From contig OY762209.1 in the NCBI GenBank assembly GCA_963665295.1, forward strand, positions 2,816,001-2,880,000: DNA of 64,000 nt, given 5' to 3'. Each line of letters starts with the position of its first letter. Position 1 is the stretch's first letter. The DNA comes from Syntrophorhabdaceae bacterium. Lineage in GTDB: Bacteria > Desulfobacterota > Syntrophorhabdia > Syntrophorhabdales > Syntrophorhabdaceae. Shown in pieces: positions 60,177-64,000 of the stretch. The notes beneath the pieces were generated by a model. The model was not told where the DNA came from and did no database searches. It was given only the letters and a program-made list of their open reading frames with translations. The position numbers and the translations under genes are program-made.

Positions 60177-61613
60177 CTACGCGTGCCCCGCCATGGTCAG
60201 GATCATGGCGACCAGGGTATCGGGGAATATACCCCACCAGACGACGAGAAATGCGAGGATGCACACGATAAGTGAGTCTGCAAGGGGCAGCCGGGCAAGG
60301 CCTCCCGGCCCGTGTTCCGGCGAAGGGGCAAGTACGGCCGTGATTACCCGCAAGTAATAGAAGAGGCCCACCACGCTGTTTATCACCAGGGCCGTCGCGA
60401 GCAGCAACAGATCCGACCCGATGCCTGTAGTCAGCATCAGGAATTTCCCCATGAACCCCGCGGTAAGGGGCATTCCCGCCAGAGAGAGGAGCATGAGGGT
60501 CATGACAACGGCGAGCCATGGCCGTGAGGAGAAAAGGCCCTGATAGTCTCTTATCGAGTCCGCATCGCGGCCTTCCCGCGACATGAGCGACATGACCCCG
60601 AAGATGCCGATGGTTGCGATGAAGTACTGGGCGAGATAGAAGAGCACGGCGCCGGTGCGCAGTGTCCCTGCGGAAAGAAACGCCACCATCATGTATCCGA
60701 AATGGGCGATGGAGGAGTAAGCGAGGAGACGTTTCACGTTGTCCTGAAGAAGGGCGAGGAGGTTGCCGAAGCACATGGAGACTACGGCTATGATGCTGAA
60801 AATGGTGAAGAGGGATGTCTCGTAAAGCAGGGTGGTGTCCGCGAAGTACCTGAGAAGCAAGGCAAATACCGCGCCTTTGGCTACGGTGGCCAGAAACGCC
60901 GTTACAGGGGCGGGCGCTCCCTCGTAGACATCGGGTGTCCACATGTGGAAGGGCACAAAGGCGAGCTTAAAGCCTACACCTGTAACCAGCATGATCGTTC
61001 CTGTCCAGAGGGTGGGGTCGGCCTGAAAAGCCGGCAGGCGGGCAGCGATCTCGGGGAATTCCATAGTGCCGAGCCGGGCATAGATCAGCGCCATTCCGAA
61101 AAGGAGAAACGAGAAAGCCACGGCGGAGAGAACCAGATACTTTATACTTGCCTCTATGTGTTTACGTCCGGTGAGAGGATAGGCGATAAGTGCATAGAGA
61201 GGGATCGTTTGGGTTTCAAGACCCATAACGAAGGAGGCGAAATGGCTGCTTGAAGTGAGCACCATGGAGCCGAGGGTCGCCAGGAGAAGAAGGACGTAGA
61301 ACTCCTCAGGACGTCCTGTGCGTGTTTCCAGGTAGCCATAGGAGAGTACTGCCACGGCGAACGCAGCTCCAAGCACTATGATCATACAAAAAAGGGCGTA
61401 GTCATCCACCACGAGTTGGGGTGTGACCTGACGGAGGAGGAGCAACTCCGAGGACGCGGGGATGATGGCGAGAAATGCGCACGTCATACCCGTCAGGGTG
61501 AGGGCCAGGGTTCGCACGTGACTTCTTTTCCCCGCAATGGTGAGTAAGACCAGGACCAGGGTGGCCGCGATTACCATGAATGGAAGGAGGAGGATGAGGC
61601 TAGAGCGAGTCAC
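60177..61613 (-). CDS. nuoN: NADH-quinone oxidoreductase subunit N
   Basis: EASIKY, FKL..VPFHMWTPDVYEGAP, KRLLAYSSIAH, SLAG.PLT.GF.GKF. Confidence 0.95.
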   Translation of the reverse strand: MTRSSLILLLPFMVIAATLVLVLLTIAGKRSHVRTLALTLTGMTCAFLAIIPASSELLLLRQVTPQLVVDDYALFCMIIVLGAAFAVAVLSYGYLETRTGRPEEFYVLLLLATLGSMVLTSSSHFASFVMGLETQTIPLYALIAYPLTGRKHIEASIKYLVLSAVAFSFLLFGMALIYARLGTMEFPEIAARLPAFQADPTLWTGTIMLVTGVGFKLAFVPFHMWTPDVYEGAPAPVTAFLATVAKGAVFALLLRYFADTTLLYETSLFTIFSIIAVVSMCFGNLLALLQDNVKRLLAYSSIAHFGYMMVAFLSAGTLRTGAVLFYLAQYFIATIGIFGVMSLMSREGRDADSIRDYQGLFSSRPWLAVVMTLMLLSLAGMPLTAGFMGKFLMLTTGIGSDLLLLATALVINSVVGLFYYLRVITAVLAPSPEHGPGGLARLPLADSLIVCILAFLVVWWGIFPDTLVAMILTMAGHA

Positions 61614-63183
61614 AGCCGACCTCCCTGCTGCGGACGACACCGCTCCGGGCTATTTCTTTCTTCACCACTATTCCCTTGTCTGCATTATGGAAAGCCATCA
61701 CTGCGTCTGTCCGGTTCTCGATCAGGCCCGCAACGCCCGGTCGGGCCTCGTCGATCAAGGTCTGGGGGCACATGCCGATCCAGAGGATGACCAGGATGAG
61801 GACGGACAGGGGCGCCATCTCCCGCACCGAAAGATCACTTACGTCCGGCGAGGCGTCGCCCGGTTCCCCGAAAAATGCGCGCCATACCAGTCGAAGCGCG
61901 TATATCGCGGCCAAAACCAGACCGCCCGCTGCCACTGCAGACGCAACGGGGCTCACCTCGTAAGCGCCGAGAAGTATGAGAAACTCCGCTATGAAGTTAC
62001 CCAGTCCCGGAAGTCCGAGGGATGCGAGGGCAAAAAAGAGACCTATCCCTCCCATACGGGGCGCCCGGAGCCAGAAACCTCCCATGCGGGCAAGCTCCCG
62101 GGTATGTATGCGTTCCTGGAGGGCGCCGGCCATCATGAAAAGGGCGCCCGTACTCACACCGTGGCAGATAATCTGAATCACTACCCCGAGGAGTGCCAAT
62201 TCATTCCACACGGATATGCCTAGAAGAACGAACCCCATGTGGCTGATGCTCGTATATGCGATAAGCCGTTTCAGATCGGTCTGGGCAAAGGCCATCACCG
62301 CGCCGTAGATTATACCGGCCGCGCCGAGGGCCACTCCCGCCGGAGCAAAGCGGGCGGCGGCGTCGGGAAAAAGGGGAACGGCAAAACGAATCAGCCCGTA
62401 GGCGCCGGTTTTCAGGAGGAGACCTGCGAGGATAATACTTCCCGCTGTGGGCGCTTCCGTATGCGCGTCGGGGAGCCATGTATGGAAGGGCAGGGCGGGC
62501 AGCTTTACCAGGAAGGCCGCGAGAAAGCCGAGAAAGAGGATGGTGGCCGTGCCCGGGGCCATGGAGGTGCCGAGAAGGTCTTCATAGCCGAAGGAATAAC
62601 TGCCCGTGTCCGCGCCGTTTACAAACACGAGTCCCAGGATGGCCATGAGCATGAGGAGTCCACCTGCCTGGGTAAAGATAAAGAACTTGACGGCCCCGTA
62701 AGAGCGCCTCTCATGCCCCCAGAGAGCTATGAGAAAATACATGGGCACGAGCATGAGTTCCCAGAAGAAATAGAACAGAAAGAGGTCAAGGGCGAGAAAC
62801 ACGCCGATAATGCCTGCAAGGGAGAAGAGGAGGTTGAAATGGAAGAAGCCGTTCCGCTCCTTTATCTCCGTCCACGATGCAAGGACCCCCATGATCCCGA
62901 GGAGGGCAGTGAGGAGCACCATGAGAAGGCTTATCCCATCGAGACCGAGATGGAAACTTATCCCGAACTGGGGCAGCCACCCGGTCTCCATCTCCACAAG
63001 CCATGTGCCGGACCCCTGGGTTACGTAAAGGCCGGGATATACCCGGAGGAATAGGCCCACAAGAAATTCAAGGAACATGAAGAAAAGGGAAATCCGCCGG
63101 GGCCACACACTTGGCGGCCTGTCCGAAGCCCACGCGAGGATGCCTCCCAAAAGGGGTATCAGAATGAGGGATGTGAGGATCAT
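61600..63183 (-). CDS. nuoM: NADH-quinone oxidoreductase subunit M
   Basis: DLFLFYFFWE, PFHTWLPDAHTEAPTAGS, KRLIAYTSISHMG. Confidence 0.95.
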   Translation of the reverse strand: MILTSLILIPLLGGILAWASDRPPSVWPRRISLFFMFLEFLVGLFLRVYPGLYVTQGSGTWLVEMETGWLPQFGISFHLGLDGISLLMVLLTALLGIMGVLASWTEIKERNGFFHFNLLFSLAGIIGVFLALDLFLFYFFWELMLVPMYFLIALWGHERRSYGAVKFFIFTQAGGLLMLMAILGLVFVNGADTGSYSFGYEDLLGTSMAPGTATILFLGFLAAFLVKLPALPFHTWLPDAHTEAPTAGSIILAGLLLKTGAYGLIRFAVPLFPDAAARFAPAGVALGAAGIIYGAVMAFAQTDLKRLIAYTSISHMGFVLLGISVWNELALLGVVIQIICHGVSTGALFMMAGALQERIHTRELARMGGFWLRAPRMGGIGLFFALASLGLPGLGNFIAEFLILLGAYEVSPVASAVAAGGLVLAAIYALRLVWRAFFGEPGDASPDVSDLSVREMAPLSVLILVILWIGMCPQTLIDEARPGVAGLIENRTDAVMAFHNADKGIVVKKEIARSGVVRSREVGCDSL

Positions 63184-64000
63184 AGGAGTATCACCATGCC
63201 TATAAAGATGACCGCACCCAGGGCCATGGCCATGGCATACCACCGCATGTTCCCGGATTGGGTGATGGCCAGGAGACGGTGGGCGCCGGCCACCGTCCAC
63301 GCCATACCCGCGTAGAGGAGATCCGGAAGGTCATCCTTGTTGACTCGCGCCAGGAATACGAAGGGTCGCACCATCACCATTCCGTAAAGCCGGTCGAAGC
63401 CCCAGCCTGAAAGAAGAAACCGGCGGAGCGAGTGTCCCGCAGGGGAAGAGAGCCCGTGCCCTTCGATTGCCTTCCTCCGGACCAACAGGTACGCGAGGAA
63501 GATGCCGCCAACGGACACTGCGGAGGAAAGGGCGGGGAGCAGGAACTCCCGGAAGTCTCCGGGAGTGGTTCGCAGGGACGGCAGGCTATTCCTCATAAAG
63601 GCCGGAAAAAGGCCTGTCTCTCCAGACGGTGACGGGACCATCAGAAGCCCTCCCACAAGGGCCGGTATTGCGAGGACCACAAGAGGCAGGGTCATGGCCC
63701 ACCCCGAAACCCCTTGCGGCCTGATCCCGGGTTCGCCGAAGAAAACGCGGAAAAAGAGGCGAAAACCGTAAATGGATGTGAGAAGTCCGCCCGCCAGACC
63801 TGCAAAAAGCAGCAAAGACCCTCCCCGGGGAGAGGCCCATACCTGGGAGAGGATGAGGTCTTTGCTGTAATAACCTCCTGTGAGAAAAGGCACCGCGGAC
63901 AGGGAGGCTGTTCCGATGAGAAAGGTTATGAATGTAAGGGGCATCTTCTTTCTTAACCCGCCCATTCTGATTATGTCGTGTTCGTCCCCCAGGGCCCGGA
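63180..64000 (-). CDS. nuoL: NADH-quinone oxidoreductase subunit L, C-terminal part (truncated by the window edge)
   Basis: MGGLRKKMP.T, G..SKD.IL, T..Y.FR, WGFD.LY, Q.G..R.Y. Confidence 0.92.
   Translation of the reverse strand, partial: RALGDEHDIIRMGGLRKKMPLTFITFLIGTASLSAVPFLTGGYYSKDLILSQVWASPRGGSLLLFAGLAGGLLTSIYGFRLFFRVFFGEPGIRPQGVSGWAMTLPLVVLAIPALVGGLLMVPSPSGETGLFPAFMRNSLPSLRTTPGDFREFLLPALSSAVSVGGIFLAYLLVRRKAIEGHGLSSPAGHSLRRFLLSGWGFDRLYGMVMVRPFVFLARVNKDDLPDLLYAGMAWTVAGAHRLLAITQSGNMRWYAMAMALGAVIFIGMVILL

Overview
64-kb GC-rich bacterial window. The gene content suggests an anaerobic deltaproteobacterium (Desulfobacterota/Syntrophorhabdus-like; inference only). Left part (1-16.7 kb): housekeeping genes, including a clustered peptidoglycan-recycling set (murU-amgK, ampG, a degenerate NagZ-like GH3), rpsU, iscU preceded by a decayed iscS remnant, a class V aminotransferase, an orphan iorA, and two unannotated small genes with convincing promoters, one with class II CRP/FNR geometry. 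Middle (16.7-55.3 kb): a ~38-kb + strand surface-polysaccharide locus headed by a promoter and a JUMPstart/ops element. It encodes GDP-fucose, GDP-heptose and split-transketolase modules, Wzx/Wzy/Wzz, glycosyl-, methyl- and acyltransferases, an LtaS-like enzyme, a large SLBB export protein and YjbH. Its 5' part is a mosaic tandem duplication: promoter-ops-galE (~1.4 kb) and a transketolase pair (~1.85 kb) each occur twice as identical copies, neighbouring genes are ~10% diverged, and each copy carries deletions complementary to the other. Right part: flavin reductase-rubredoxin, purC, tRNA-Arg(CCT), a YjbE/GfcA-like Gly/Ala-rich secreted peptide, an MFS transporter and the nuoL-M-N end of a complex I operon. 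No CRISPR array, integrase or transposase was seen. All family calls come from motif recognition by eye, not from database searches.
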